A stretch of 64,000 nucleotides of DNA from Octopus vulgaris (GCA_951406725.2 OX597832.1:38626001-38690000); one strand, 5' to 3'; shown: positions 45,204-58,289, counted from the first letter of the stretch. Notes: generated by a model from the sequence alone, not told the origin. Numbers and translations are program-made.

Positions 45204-46289
45204 CAGAGTAGAGATTTGTGTAATGTTATATGAAGTAGCAAGAGGTAGATATTGAAATTTGGTTTTTGTGTAGAATAGAAGTTGAAGTGTAAGGGACCAA
45301 AAGAAAAAAATGGGTAAAGATTAAATTGAAAAATAGATGAATAGTTGTGTCCACAATATTGTGCCATTGGCAACATTGTGGTCATTAATTTCAAATGGCT
45401 TTTGATTCCTAACCCTAGGTCTCGTTTGATCTTTTACATAAGCTCCGTTGTTGTCGTTCCTCTTCTTCCAATCAGGACTCACGCCATTAGCCACAAAGAA
45501 TAATCTCTAATTCGAGCCTACTCTAAGCTGCTAAGAATGCGTGTGACAACTTGAAGATCCATCCACCACACGCGATAGACTGGCGGTTGTGCGGGCGCGA
45601 AAGCTACGTTGTTATCCTCATTCTTTAAACGGCGGCTTTTAACGGGTGGAGAGCTGAATTATCCTGGGGTACAGAGAATTCGCAATTTAGACTAGGGGTC
45701 TGATAGTTTACCACAAAGTGAGAGAAAGGTAAAACATTAATAAGCATCGGACAATCAAGAATATCAATATATAGTGAGGAGGAGGGGAGATGAAGGGAGA
45801 AGAAGAGGAGGGGAGGGGAGGAAGAGGGGGTTGATGAGAGTGAGGAAAAGCAAGACGAGGGGGAGGAAGAGGAGGTAGATGAGGGTGAGGAAGAGAAGGT
45901 ATATGAGTGTGGGGCAGGGGAGGAGAGGAGGAAGAGGAGGCAAGGCCTCAGCACTTCCTGTCTGCATACGAGACAGCAAAATAGCAGCCAAATATCTCTA
46001 CTGTCTTCAGAAGAGAAGATCATATAGGATAATGTAGTCCTTGATACACAATGCCTGAAAAACTACGGAATGGCTATGACTGGAATGTTTTACCTTCTCT
46101 GATCAATGATGAACTTGGGTTTATATAATAGCACAAGGACAGAGTATAAAACAATAGAAACAAGCCTTTGTCTCATAATTGGGACAGATATTATTTGAAC
46201 TGTCCCAGACAGCCGAATATATACGGTCAGCAAGAAATTCAACTTTGGCACCAGTTTATGATAGAAAATATAACAGTGAGTTATCTGCC

Positions 46290-46306
46290 CGTGACCAGTC
46301 ACGTGA
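46290..46306 (+). promoter_or_regulatory. E-box/CLEAR-like motif GTCACGTGA overlapping the palindrome CGTGAC-CA-GTCACG, ~30 nt upstream of the kinase ATG
   Basis: Motif is directly visible; function is inferred only. Confidence 0.3.
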
Positions 46307-46334
46307 TTTAAACAAAAGTGAGCTGCTCAGAAAG

Positions 46335-47414
46335 ATGGCCAAGATTCAAAGATTAGCGGCGAAATCGTATAAGCATGCAAAATTGTTTCCACCTGGTGAG
46401 GTCTTAAGATCAAATGACGGACGTACCGAATTTTTGCTTGGGAAACTAGTCGGAACCGGCGGTTTTGGTTTAATTTACGATGTCATGCGTATTGATATTG
46501 AAACAGAGGAGGAATATGTTGCTAAAATCGAACCAATAGCTAATGGCCCTCTCTTTAACGAATATCACATAGTGCAAAAACTTGGTCAGCGGAAAACTAT
46601 GATTGATTATGCAAGAAATAAAGAATTGTCACGTCATCTTGCAATACCTCTGTTTGTAGCGGGAGGAATCCACGAATACCAAGGGAAGAAATATCGATTC
46701 ATAATTCTACCGAAATACGGAGATGATCTACGTAAAGTATTTCAACGCTATGGATTTTTTCCGAATAAACGTTCAGTATATCTTATCGCAATTCAAATGC
46801 TAGACGCTCTAGAATATATCCATCAACACGGCTATGTTCATGCTGATATAAAGGCGGGTAATATCTTGTTAGAAAGTAACAAATCAGTTAAAGTAAAAAA
46901 AACAACTAAAGGATATTACCCGGTGATAGAGAGATTGTATCTGATAGATTATGGCTTGGCTGCCAAATATATCCAGAATAATAAACATAAGCCTTATTAT
47001 GAAGCTAGCAGAAAGGCTCACCAGGGAACATTGTTTTATACCAGCATAGATGCTCATAAAGGGGTAGCACAATCTCGAAGAGGGGACTTACAGAATCTAG
47101 GATTCTGTCTTCTTGAATGGCTTACGGGTAGTTTGCCCTGGAAAAAGAAAACAGTTAAAGACAAAGTGAAAAAAAGCAAAGAGTTATTGATGTCCAAACT
47201 TAACAGACTCTCTGATGAATATTTAAAAACTTATTTCAAATATGTTGCCAATATGCGCTACGAAGAAAAACCAAATTATGAAGAATTGCGAAATTTATTC
47301 AATAAGGCTGTGAAGGGTATCGACATAAATGAAAGAAATGCAAGTTGCATTTTCGAGAGAAAACGGAAAAATTCACCTCTGAATCTGATTCCAAAAAAAG
47401 CTAAATATGATTAA
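46335..47414 (+). CDS. Intronless vaccinia-related kinase (VRK1/ballchen-like Ser/Thr kinase, CK1 superfamily), 359 aa
   Basis: Uninterrupted ORF; first ATG at 46335 in strong context (AAGATGG). Motifs: FPPGEVL, Gly loop GTGGFG, YVAKIE, NGPLFNE (alphaC), HADIKAGN, LIDYGLA (VRK-type DYG), HQGTLFYTSIDAHKGVAQSRRGDL, WLTGSLPW, YEEKPNY. Basic C-terminus KRK...KKAK. AATAAA at 47784-47789. Confidence 0.93.
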   Translation: MAKIQRLAAKSYKHAKLFPPGEVLRSNDGRTEFLLGKLVGTGGFGLIYDVMRIDIETEEEYVAKIEPIANGPLFNEYHIVQKLGQRKTMIDYARNKELSRHLAIPLFVAGGIHEYQGKKYRFIILPKYGDDLRKVFQRYGFFPNKRSVYLIAIQMLDALEYIHQHGYVHADIKAGNILLESNKSVKVKKTTKGYYPVIERLYLIDYGLAAKYIQNNKHKPYYEASRKAHQGTLFYTSIDAHKGVAQSRRGDLQNLGFCLLEWLTGSLPWKKKTVKDKVKKSKELLMSKLNRLSDEYLKTYFKYVANMRYEEKPNYEELRNLFNKAVKGIDINERNASCIFERKRKNSPLNLIPKKAKYD

Positions 47415-47444
47415 GTCCAAGTGATACAGAAAGTGTCTTGTAAT

Positions 47445-47506
<62 letters not shown>

Positions 47507-48450
47507 AAGTGTGTGTGAGATAGGGAAAGAGAGAAAGAGGAGAGTGATACAGACAGACAAACAAAGAGGCCGAGACACACAGAGAGATAGAAATGCCACT
47601 GAACTCCTTGAAACTTCAGCGAAATATAATTCAAATAGCAGAAAATAATAAGCGCAATACATATGTCGCAAAAGAAGGTTTTTAAAATTACAGAAGGACT
47701 TTATGTTTTTTTTGTTTTTTGTCATCGGAAACTGGTAAGAAGTGACAATTTCGATTTTTCATTGCCACATGTGTAGCTAGTAAAATAAAATTGTACGATA
47801 ACATTTTTACTGGGTTTTTTTTTTTTTTGTCATTGAATTGCTACGGAAGTAAAGCATTCTTAGGTATAATCCGGCTTCTGTTTTATCGACATCGAAAACC
47901 AAAGAAGAAGAAGAAGAAGAAGAAGAAGAAGCAGTTCTGGGGACGATTTTCAACTCAGGACGTAAAGTATTACCATTTTTCTTTCTTCTGCTCACGCTCT
48001 ACCATCCATCAAGCATCGATTGTTTTCATATATAAAGCGCGTAATTTTTGGTACCGCTTCAACACCAATCAATCTATCGTATTACCATATGCGTACATAC
48101 ATACATACATACATACATACATACATACATACATACATACATACATACATACATACATACATACATACACATATATATATACACATGTATATATATATAT
48201 ATATAAATAGATGAGTGTATTTTTACCTTGTTAACAATTAACACGGAAAAATAAATAAATAGTTACCAGGGCAGCAAAAATCTCACAAGTAAAGCTGTTG
48301 TAACTCCTTGTTTATAAAGGTAGAAACTTCGTGTTTACGTTGAATATTTTGAATGATATGAATAAAAAATGGAGTTAACGTTTGTATTTTTACCTTGTTA
48401 ACATATATTGTTAAAATATTTGATTACACCTGCGTTAACTCCATTTTTTA

Positions 48451-48499
<49 letters not shown>

Positions 48500-48899
48500 T
48501 TTATTTAAAGCAGCAGAGTTACTCTGAGTTTCCCGTTGCCGTTCATATATATATATATATGTATGTATGTATGTATATATATATATATATATGTGTGTAT
48601 GTATGTATATATAATTTGTGTGTTTGTACGTACAGAGAGCGTGTTTTCTTTCAAGAATATATTGATGGCTCGGTTTAATCTTTTTTTTTTTTTTTGCAAA
48701 TATTTTTTTGTAATTCCTTATTGCTTAATTTCGAACAGTAGTATTCCGATGTCCATTAGTTTTTCAAGACCTTTTCGTTCTCATCTTCTCAATGAAATGA
48801 TAATAGTAGCGCGTTATCGCAGCGTTTCGTAATAGACATCAAGGATTCATGGGAATGATGCTACAACTGTCAATGACATTTTAAATTTTTTAACGGTTA

Positions 48900-49160
48900 A
48901 CTTCGGGTTAAATTTAGAGTTGTTTTTTTTCCCGCACATCCTATACTCGTATGCTGGTTTGAGTTTGCATTTGACTATGAATAAGGCTTCTATAGTTAGT
49001 CGTATTTTCTTTGTAATTTTATATCGGATAAAAATTTTTTTAGAAATAATTTTGTTTGATGTTCTTTGTAACGTTTGTTGATGTAAAATAAGCTTTGAGT
49101 TTAATCAGTATGAAGAGACTGCAACCACATAAAAAATGGTGGATTTAGGTAAAACTTCTA
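48900..49160 (-). pseudogene. Possible Penelope GIY-YIG C-terminal remnant
   Basis: RKIRLTIEALFIVKCKLKP resembles R...EAL.I....P.LN; heavily decayed. Confidence 0.4.
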
Positions 49161-49899
49161 AAGACCCGTCTGGTGAGTAGCGTTGTATGATTGTAAAACG
49201 TATGCCCCGTGGGTTGCTGATACCAGGCGATTGAGGTATTTGTGGCGACGTACTCCAGGCTAGCGTTGAGAATCTGTTGGGTAGGTGGTCCTCAGAATGA
49301 AAGATTCAGACTTGAAGGAGGTGGGAGAATGGAGCGAAAGTTGGGGACGATGATCAAATGACGAAAACCGCAATGTTTTGGCCACTTTATCAGCGCTCGG
49401 GCCCAATGTACTCACACGCTCGGGAGACGGGTGGACGGAAAACGGGTTTGTGAGTGACAAAAATATTAATGAAGCGATGAGCTCAAGGACTGGACAGAGG
49501 ACGCTTTGCCTGAATGTATGGCTGCAGCGCGAGTACACAGCGTATGATGGGGAGCGGTGTTTATTTCTGAGGCTCCGAAATTCAGCCATAAGCGTCGGCA
49601 TAATCAATCAATCAATCATTCAACCAGTCAGTCAGTCAATCAATAATGTACTGTAATGGTTCCTTAATGTAAATGTATGGTCAACTGACAAGAAAGAGTC
49701 ACATTTATGTATCCTATGTAACAATTTCAGTCATAATGCTTACACAGAAACGTGCAAATTAGATCAGTTCATTCAGAAGATAAAGTCGAGAAGGTCTTGA
49801 AGTATTGAGGGATTTAGAAGGTTTACTTTTCCAAATTAAACATAAAATATTGATAAGGAAATATCTTAACTCATGTTTGTATAAACAATGGTGGATTTC

Positions 49900-50143
49900 T
49901 CTTCCGTGAAATTTGTTAAGTTATGATCGAAAATTTATTTGTACCGCTATTCGCTGGTGCCTCGGGGGAAAATAATTTGACGAAAATACAGCTAGGATCG
50001 TGATGAATGTCCTCCTAAAATTGGAGCGACATGCGTGCTACTTTGTGAACGTGCATAAATTACATTCACGTACACACACACACACACACACACATACACA
50101 CACACACACATACACACACCCTACCTTTTATATATATACAGAT
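49900..50143 (-). mobile_element. Probable 5' part of a non-autonomous Helitron-like repeat
   Basis: Minus strand starts A|TCTGTATATATATAAAAG followed by (GT)n; 3' end not identified. Confidence 0.35.
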
Positions 50144-50746
50144 ATATATCTTTATCAAACGTTGGAACATACCAGCTGATGGTGTTTAAACCATTAAGCA
50201 TATAATTATAGTGGGCGATATGTCTTGCAGCGGACCTTGCTCGGTATGCGGCATTGATAAGACAAAATGATGATGAAACAGCGATGTCTGTCGCTTTTAG
50301 AAGAAACCAAAGTGAATTATCTCACTTGCTTCTCATGTCGTTTCAAACACCAGGCACATAAAAGATATATATTCTCTTACGCCTGAAGTAGCCTTGTGTA
50401 TGTTCCATTTTGTTTATATATGTATGTAGAAATATGTATGTATGTATGTATGTATGTACGTATGTATACATGCATGTATGTATGTATGTATGCACGTATG
50501 TATGTATGTATGTATGCATGTATGTATTATGTATGTATGTATTTATGTATGCATGTAAGTATGTATGTATTTATGTATGTGTCTATGTGTATGTATGTGC
50601 GTATGTATATATGCATGTGTGTATACATTGCAGCATGTATGTGTGTATATGTATGTATATATGTATGAATGTATGAATATATGTATGTATGTATATGTAT
50701 GTATGTGTGTGAGTGCGTGTGTGTTATATACATGGATACATACAGC

Positions 50747-50811
<65 letters not shown>

Positions 50812-50959
50812 GCAGACAGAAAGACAGACAGAATGAGCAGCTAGTTCTTTGAGTAGGTATCTGTAGATCGGCTGTTAATGATTCATGGCCGTTACTCAGA
50901 GTTTTATAAAATGAAAGCATATGTTTAATCAATCAGATGTTCCCGTGAGTCATTAGCCA

Positions 50960-50995
<36 letters not shown>

Positions 50996-51410
50996 GCATG
51001 AGCAAACACACTCACACACACACTCACACGCGTACACACGTTTCTGTGTAATGTTAACCTTTGCATTCTCTATGCGCGTGTGTGTGTGTGCGCGTGTGTG
51101 TGTGTGTGTGTGCGTGTGTGTGTGTGAAATGAAGAGAGAGAGAGAGAGAGAGACTATGCCGTGTACCGTTGTTCGTTGTTCTCGTACAGGCGTCCCAGTC
51201 TTGGCCTCTTGTTCAAATGTTAAGCCAGTTCTGTTAGTGATCTTTTTGTTTGAATGCCATTACGCGATGCCTTAATCTCAACCATCTGGCAGAATATCTG
51301 TTAACACGTTTGTTTCTGTGAGTTTCTGTGTTTATGTATGTATGAGATTCCTGTTTTGCAAGTGCATCTATTTCTGGTTTTTTTTTTTTTTTAAGTACAT
51401 ACATATATAA

Positions 51411-51832
51411 GCGCATGTACGGTTGTGTGGTAAGAAGCTTGTTTTCCTACCACATGGCCGCGGGTACAATCCCATTGCGTGGTACCTCGGACAACTGTCT
51501 TCTTCTATAATCTTGGACGGCAACTGAAAGAAGCCGTAGTATATGTCTGAGTGCGCGTGCGTATGTATATGCGTGTTTCGCGTCTGCGTCTTTATGTTTG
51601 TGTGTGTGTCTTTGTGCTTGTCCCCCACAACCGATTCACAACCGGTGTTCGTATACTTACGTCCCCGTAACTTCGTGGCTCAGAATAAGTGGCCGACGAA
51701 ATAAATACCAGACTCAAAAATATATATATAAACAATGGGGTCGATTCATTCAACTAAAAATTCTTCAAGGCCGTGCTCCAGCATGGGCCGCTATGTGATG
51801 ACTGAAACGAGTAAATAATTAATAATAAAAAG
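51411..51832 (+). mobile_element. SINE family A, diverged full length
   Basis: Homology to 15820-16220. Confidence 0.75.
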
Positions 51833-51985
51833 ATGTGTGTGTATACATGTATGTATAAAGAATAATTCATGTTCCATGTATTTTTTGTTGTACACGTTTC
51901 ATGACGTCCTGTCCCCACATATGTTTGTTTATATACGTATATATATACATATATGCATATATACATATGTATATATGCATATATG

Positions 51986-52088
<103 letters not shown>

Positions 52089-52089
52089 A

Positions 52090-52345
52090 AAATCTCAAAT
52101 TTTATTTAATTTGATTTCCGCGGGAAGGAAAATTTCATTGAAGTCATGTATCGCCTGACCTTCGAAACGTGGAGTAGATGAAATTAAGGCGACTGAAGAA
52201 GGGGAATGTTCCTTGTGTTGTAATGTCCTGTACTCTATTTTTTCGTTGTTTAAAAAAATGTCCATTTCCTTGGTTTTGTGTTTATGTTTTCGTTTCTCAT
52301 TGTGTTCGACGTTTTTTTGGGTATCTTGTACCCATATATGCATGT
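52090..52345 (+). mobile_element. Penelope-type short repeat between (TA)n arrays
   Basis: Reverse-complement match to ~58590-58850 (CTTCGAAACGT.GAGTAGATGAAA...GCGACTGAAGAAGGG). Confidence 0.55.
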
Positions 52346-52472
52346 ATATATGCATATGTTTTATTTATTTATTTATATATGTATATATATGTATATATAT
52401 ATATGTATATATATATATGTATATATATGTATATATATATATGTATATATATGTATATATATATATATATAC

Positions 52473-52603
<131 letters not shown>

Positions 52604-53340
52604 TACATATATATATACATATATATATATATACATATATATATTCTTTATATTATTATATGATTGAATGCCACGTATCCTCTTCCAAGTAAGTTTTATC
52701 TTAATAACTCTGATGCGCACTCTATACGATCTTTTCGCTCTTCCGTTTTCCTCCCTTTCTCTCTCTTATTCTTTTACCTCCTCTTCTTCCACTTTTCTGT
52801 ACAAGAACGTTTAAATAAAGAAAATTTATTTATCCTAGAATACAGAACACGCCTAAATATGAACGCATAACCAACTTTGTTATCAGCATATATTTTGATT
52901 CATGATCACATACCCGTCACCGTTTTTGTAGATTTATTTATCCCCTCCCCAAAAGATGCGAAACTACCTCCCCTGTCCCCAATACTAACGATCATCAATT
53001 ACCTCCCTTTAGATTTTTATTTATCTACTTGTTGATTCATACACAACCACCCATTAACAACATGGATTAAAATCTTAATACGAAATTAAAATAATTTCAA
53101 AATCATGATTAACGAAAGCGAAGCCCGTCGACAAACACAATACTCTTTCGCTTATAAAATGTATCAAAAAGTATATTAAAACTATTTAAACCGTGTGCAT
53201 TTTCCTTCTTTCATTTTAGATATATACTTTTTGCATTACAACTCACCACGTGGGGGGGGAGGTAATCGAAATACTCCTCCTCCTTTTTCTTACTCTATAT
53301 ATATGTGTGTGTATGTGTGTTAAAAAATATGAAATATGCG

Positions 53341-53373
<33 letters not shown>

Positions 53374-53980
53374 ATGTGTGTGTGTGTGTAAGCATAAACA
53401 AACGCGGAACAAACGGAAAGCACAGAGAGAATGTCACACTCACACACATGCGCGCACTACACTACACACGCGCGCACACACAGACACGCACACACCTACA
53501 CACACTTCCAAAATGGCTGGGTATATCGCGGGTGAAATACCTCAGATCGTAGATGCGCTAAATAACACCAGCAACATCAACAACAAAGGTCAGTCAAAAA
53601 CATATGTAGCCACTTTCTGCTGTCAAATCAAGCGACGGGGGTTCGTGTACTCTCGACGGAACGATATACCTATGTGACGAAGGAGGATAGTGATGATGAT
53701 GATGATGATGATGAAGAGGAGTAGGAGAGGGTGAGGGAATAATAGTCACAGTTGTTTGTGTATCTTTAAGTAATTCATTTTATACCTACTTCCCTCCCCA
53801 CCTCAAATAATCTCAAATCTCTCCTTCTAATCTTTTGTTCATCCGGGGTTTGATGAGTCGAGAGAAAACCCAAAAGGTGCGTGTTTGCGCGTATGTATTT
53901 GTGAGTGTATATATATATATATACATATATATATATACATATATATAGATATACATATATATAAATATGTACACATATAC

Positions 53981-54068
<88 letters not shown>

Positions 54069-54414
54069 ATGTGTGTGTATGTGTGTGTATATATGTGCAT
54101 GTGCATGCTTGCAAATGTGTGTGCGTGTGTTCTACGGAATGTAATAAAGGTTTTAATTAGTGATTAGAGTCAAACGGGTACATACACTCAGTTTTATACT
54201 AATTAATGCACTCCTAAACATCACAACATCGCCTTCAACTCCCCCCAAACCGCCCCTATCTTCACCGTATGCCCCATTCCACCTCACCAACACCGCCACC
54301 TTCTTACCCCCTCATCACCACCACCGCTATTCCCACTATCTTCCCACTGTATCATCACCACTCTACTACGTTCTCATTACATTACTAGACCATATCAACA
54401 ATTTCAATAATGCA

Positions 54415-54601
54415 GGCGTAGGAGTGGCTGTGTGGCAAGTACCTTGCTTAACAACCACATGGTTCCGAGTTCAGTCCCACTGCGTGGCACCTTGGGTAAG
54501 TGTCTTCTACTATAGCCTCGGGTCGACCAAAGACGGAAACTGAAAGAAGCCCGTCGTATATATGTATGTGTATATATATATGTATATATATATATATGTG
54601 T

Positions 54602-54637
<36 letters not shown>

Positions 54638-54872
54638 GACATCGCTTGATAACCGATGCTGGTGTGTTTTCGTCCACGTAACTTAGCGGTTCGGCAAAAG
54701 AGGCCGATAGAATAAGTACTAGGCTTACAAAGTATAAGTCCTGGGGTCGATTTGCTCGACTAAATGCAGTGCTCCAGCATGGTAGCAGTCAAATGACTGA
54801 AACAAGTAAAAGAGTAAAGGCGATGCTCCAGCATGGCCGCAGTCAAATGACTGAAACAAGTAAAAGAGTAAA
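54415..54872 (+). mobile_element. SINE family A with a duplicated 54-bp 3' tail
   Basis: GCTCCAGCATGG..GCAGTCAAATGACTGAAACAAGTAAAAGAGTAAA at 54771 and 54825. Confidence 0.85.
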
Positions 54873-55368
54873 ATAATGTGACTGTATATCTTCAGGATGG
54901 CTTTGTAGGGTAGGTATGAGAGGCTGGATCTGACTGGTTTGAATATAGAACAGGTTGAATATTTGGGCCGGATATGGCCCCGTTTAAGGATCGAAGTCAT
55001 TCCAACCGTGACCCTCTGCATCTCTGCTCTATCAAATGAACCGCTTCCTATATTTAAAAAGATGGAATTGGTATGACAAAGGATTTAGCTATCGTTTTTA
55101 GCAGTGTGAGTACTCCACATTGAGTAGTCACTCTCACTTAATGATCCCACACTCCCAAACTCACTCACACTAAAACATACATATTGTCACATATACACGC
55201 ACTCACTCACAAATACAAGCACAGTCAGCCACACACGAAAACACACATATACACTTAGTCACACAATCACACACAAATAAAAATTACACACACGCATACA
55301 CACACACACATACACACAGCTACAAGCAGAAGCATAGCTTCACACATACAGTCATACAGTGTACACTA

Positions 55369-55541
55369 GGCGCAGGCGTGGCAGTGTGGTAAAACGTTTG
55401 CTTCTAAACCACATGGTTCCGGGTTCAGTCCCACTGCATGGCACCATGGGCAAGTGTCTTCTATTATAACCTCGAGCCGACCAAAGCCTTGTGAGTGGAT
55501 TTGGTAGACGGAAACTGAAAGAAGCCCGTCGTATATATATA

Positions 55542-55616
<75 letters not shown>

Positions 55617-55857
55617 GTGTATGTATGTAGTTGTGTGTGTGTGTGTGTGTCTCCACCATCACTTGATAACCGATGCTGGTACGTTTATGTCCCTGTATCA
55701 TAGCGGGTCGGCAAATAGAGACCGATGGAGTAAGTAAAGTACTAGGCTTAGAAAGAATGAGTCCTGGGGTCGATTTCGTCGACTAAAAACTCTTCAGGGC
55801 GGTGCTCCAGCATGGCCGCAGTAAAAATGACTGAAACAAATAAAACAATAAAAGAAA
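55369..55857 (+). mobile_element. SINE family A, full length
   Basis: Homology to 15820-16220. Confidence 0.85.
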
Positions 55858-57697
55858 ACACATACACAACCATACACAGTCATACACAGTCATGCACATA
55901 TAGTCACACAGTCATATACACACATGTACATACATATACACATAGTCACACAACCACACACAAATAAACATTACACAAACATTACACACACACACACACA
56001 CACACACAGAGTTACAAACAGGCACATAGCCTCACGCATAGTCATACACATATATAGATAATTATACACACAGTCACTCACACACATAAACACAACCATA
56101 AACACACTCTCACGTTTATATGTAAACAGTGACACACACACACACACACGCATACACACAGACACACACACGCATACAGAGTGAGTCTCACACACGCACT
56201 TATTATTGTTGTCCCCTCAATTACCGTTAAAAACCCCCCTATTTATTTGTTTATTGTTGTTTTTGTACCAATGACTGCCCCTAACACGTGTTCGTCCTCC
56301 AGTGCCGTTTGTATTAAAGACGTGGGGCCGAGCTGGCAATGAGAGTTGGTCAGGTTCGAAGTAGGGGGTGTGTCACGGCAATGGGGGGTAGGGTGGGGGG
56401 CGAGAAAGGGTGAGACCAAGGGGCTCAGTTGTGTTGTTGGGGGAAGGGTGGGTTTCTAAGGGGATGGGAGTGTCAGAGAGCGAGATAGGGTTAGGAAGGG
56501 TGGTTGTAAGGATAGCAGGGGCAGGGGAAAAAAATTAAGGGCTGGAGGCGACAGGCGAACTGAAGAGGGATAATGGAAAAGAGTGGGTGAGGAAAGTGGA
56601 GGCGGTGGTGAGAAGGGGAAACAGTGGTGGGGGGTGATAGTGGTGGCGGTTGTGGTGATGACGAGGTGATGGTGATGGCGGCGGTAGTAGTGGTGGTGAT
56701 AGTGCTGACGTTGTGGTGGAGATGGTAATGGTTGCGGCGTTGGTGGTCGACGTAGTGATGATGATGATGATGATGATGAAGCTGGTGATGGTGATGATGA
56801 TGGTGATGATGATGATGGTGGTGGTGGTGGTGGTAATGATGATAGTGATGGTAGTGAGAATGGTGGTGGTGCTGGTGCTGGTGGTGGTAGTGGTGGTGGT
56901 GGTGGTGGTGGTGGTGGTGGTGGTGGTGGTGGTGGTGGTGGTGGTGGTGGTGGTGGTGTCGGTGGTGGTAGCTTGTGCGTGTTGTAGTGGTTGTGGCGGG
57001 TGGACAAAGAGAGGTTAACACAAGACAGCAGCAGAAATGTTTCTGTTCCGTCCGTAATAACGATAGAGAAACCAGTGAAGCAGGTTCCATCCTGGTCACT
57101 AAGCCTGCGAGAAATAGCAGCCAAACACCGTTAAAATTAAAATGTACGAAATTTACCTGTATTGGTGAATGTTTTTTAAGGTAGCATATAAGGCAATGGA
57201 ATCCTGAATAAAAGACGGGATGGTCAAGGCTGGGATAACTTTAGTCATATGTTTATCGATCAGGATTGCCCTAGGGGTTACCCAACAACATCAAAAAGGA
57301 TGAGGGCGATAAAGATTATGAGGAGCGTGATGGCAGTGTTCATTGTGATGTTGAGGATGATGATGGTTGTATAATCGCAGTTATAATACAAGCGTACGTG
57401 CCTCGCCAAGAGGCTTTAATCTTTGTACACTATAGTACGTACATACACATCCACACACATAAATACATATCTACATCCATATACATACGCATACACACAC
57501 ACTCACACATACAAACACGCGCGCACACACACATACACACACATTTACATAGGCACAGGTCTGATTTGTTATAAGAAGCTTGTTTTCCAGCCACATGGTC
57601 TCGGATTCAGTCCCACTGCATCGTACCTTGAGCAAGAGTCTCCTCCTATACCTTCGGGCCGACCACAGCCTTTTGACAGGATTTAATAGGTGTCCAA

Positions 57698-57743
57698 GAC
57701 ACCTGATGAAGGCTGAAGGATATATCAACCGAAACGTTGTGTT
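57698..57743 (+). ncRNA. Minimal type-I hammerhead ribozyme (Penelope type)
   Basis: GACAC-CTGATGA-A-GGCTGA(aggatata)TCAACC-GAAA-CG-TT-GTGTT: intact core, palindromic ACGT stem III, one mismatch in stem II. Confidence 0.7.
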
Positions 57744-57799
57744 AACAAACAAGATGAGGACAAATATCCGTCAATTGTATATAATGTAAATAATGAACA

Positions 57800-57832
<33 letters not shown>

Positions 57833-57842
57833 CACACACACA

Positions 57843-57899
<57 letters not shown>

Positions 57900-58023
57900 A
57901 TAGAAATGGTAAGACAACAAAAGAATAAAAGAGACCTCGATATTATGTAAATAGAGAAATTTATCTGTAAATGTAATATGTGACAAAAATGGTTACCGAA
58001 TAATTGTCACGTATTACATTTAC

Positions 58024-58068
<45 letters not shown>

Positions 58069-58072
<4 letters not shown>

Positions 58073-58289
58073 GTCCGCCGAAAAAATGTATACACAGTTG
58101 TTCAGGAAAGAAAAAAAATCTGTATGCATTTTTTAATTAAGTGTTATTGCAATTTATGATATGTAATGACAATTTAATAAAACATCGAAACAGGTGGTAT
58201 CTATATTTATACAGGTATTTATACGGGTTAAATACTTGTATAGATTTTTCCTTTCCTGAAAAGTGTATACAATATTTTGATGGACTTTG
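58069..58289. mobile_element. Tc1/mariner-type MITE
   Basis: Imperfect terminal inverted repeats (CAGAGTCCGCCGAAAAAATGTATACAC / GTGTATACAATATTTTGATGGACTTTG), extending ~70 bp; TA on both sides. Confidence 0.7.

Noticed and set aside
46179-46334. N-terminal extension of the kinase ORF given in the track (411 aa)
   Set aside because: It begins at TTG, not ATG, and has no VRK similarity; the ATG at 46335 has a strong context and matches the VRK N-terminus.
49260-49607. 115-aa minus-strand ORF in GC-richer sequence
   Set aside because: Only a faint resemblance to a LINE C-terminus (SFILRT); probably a relic, and not supportable as a gene.
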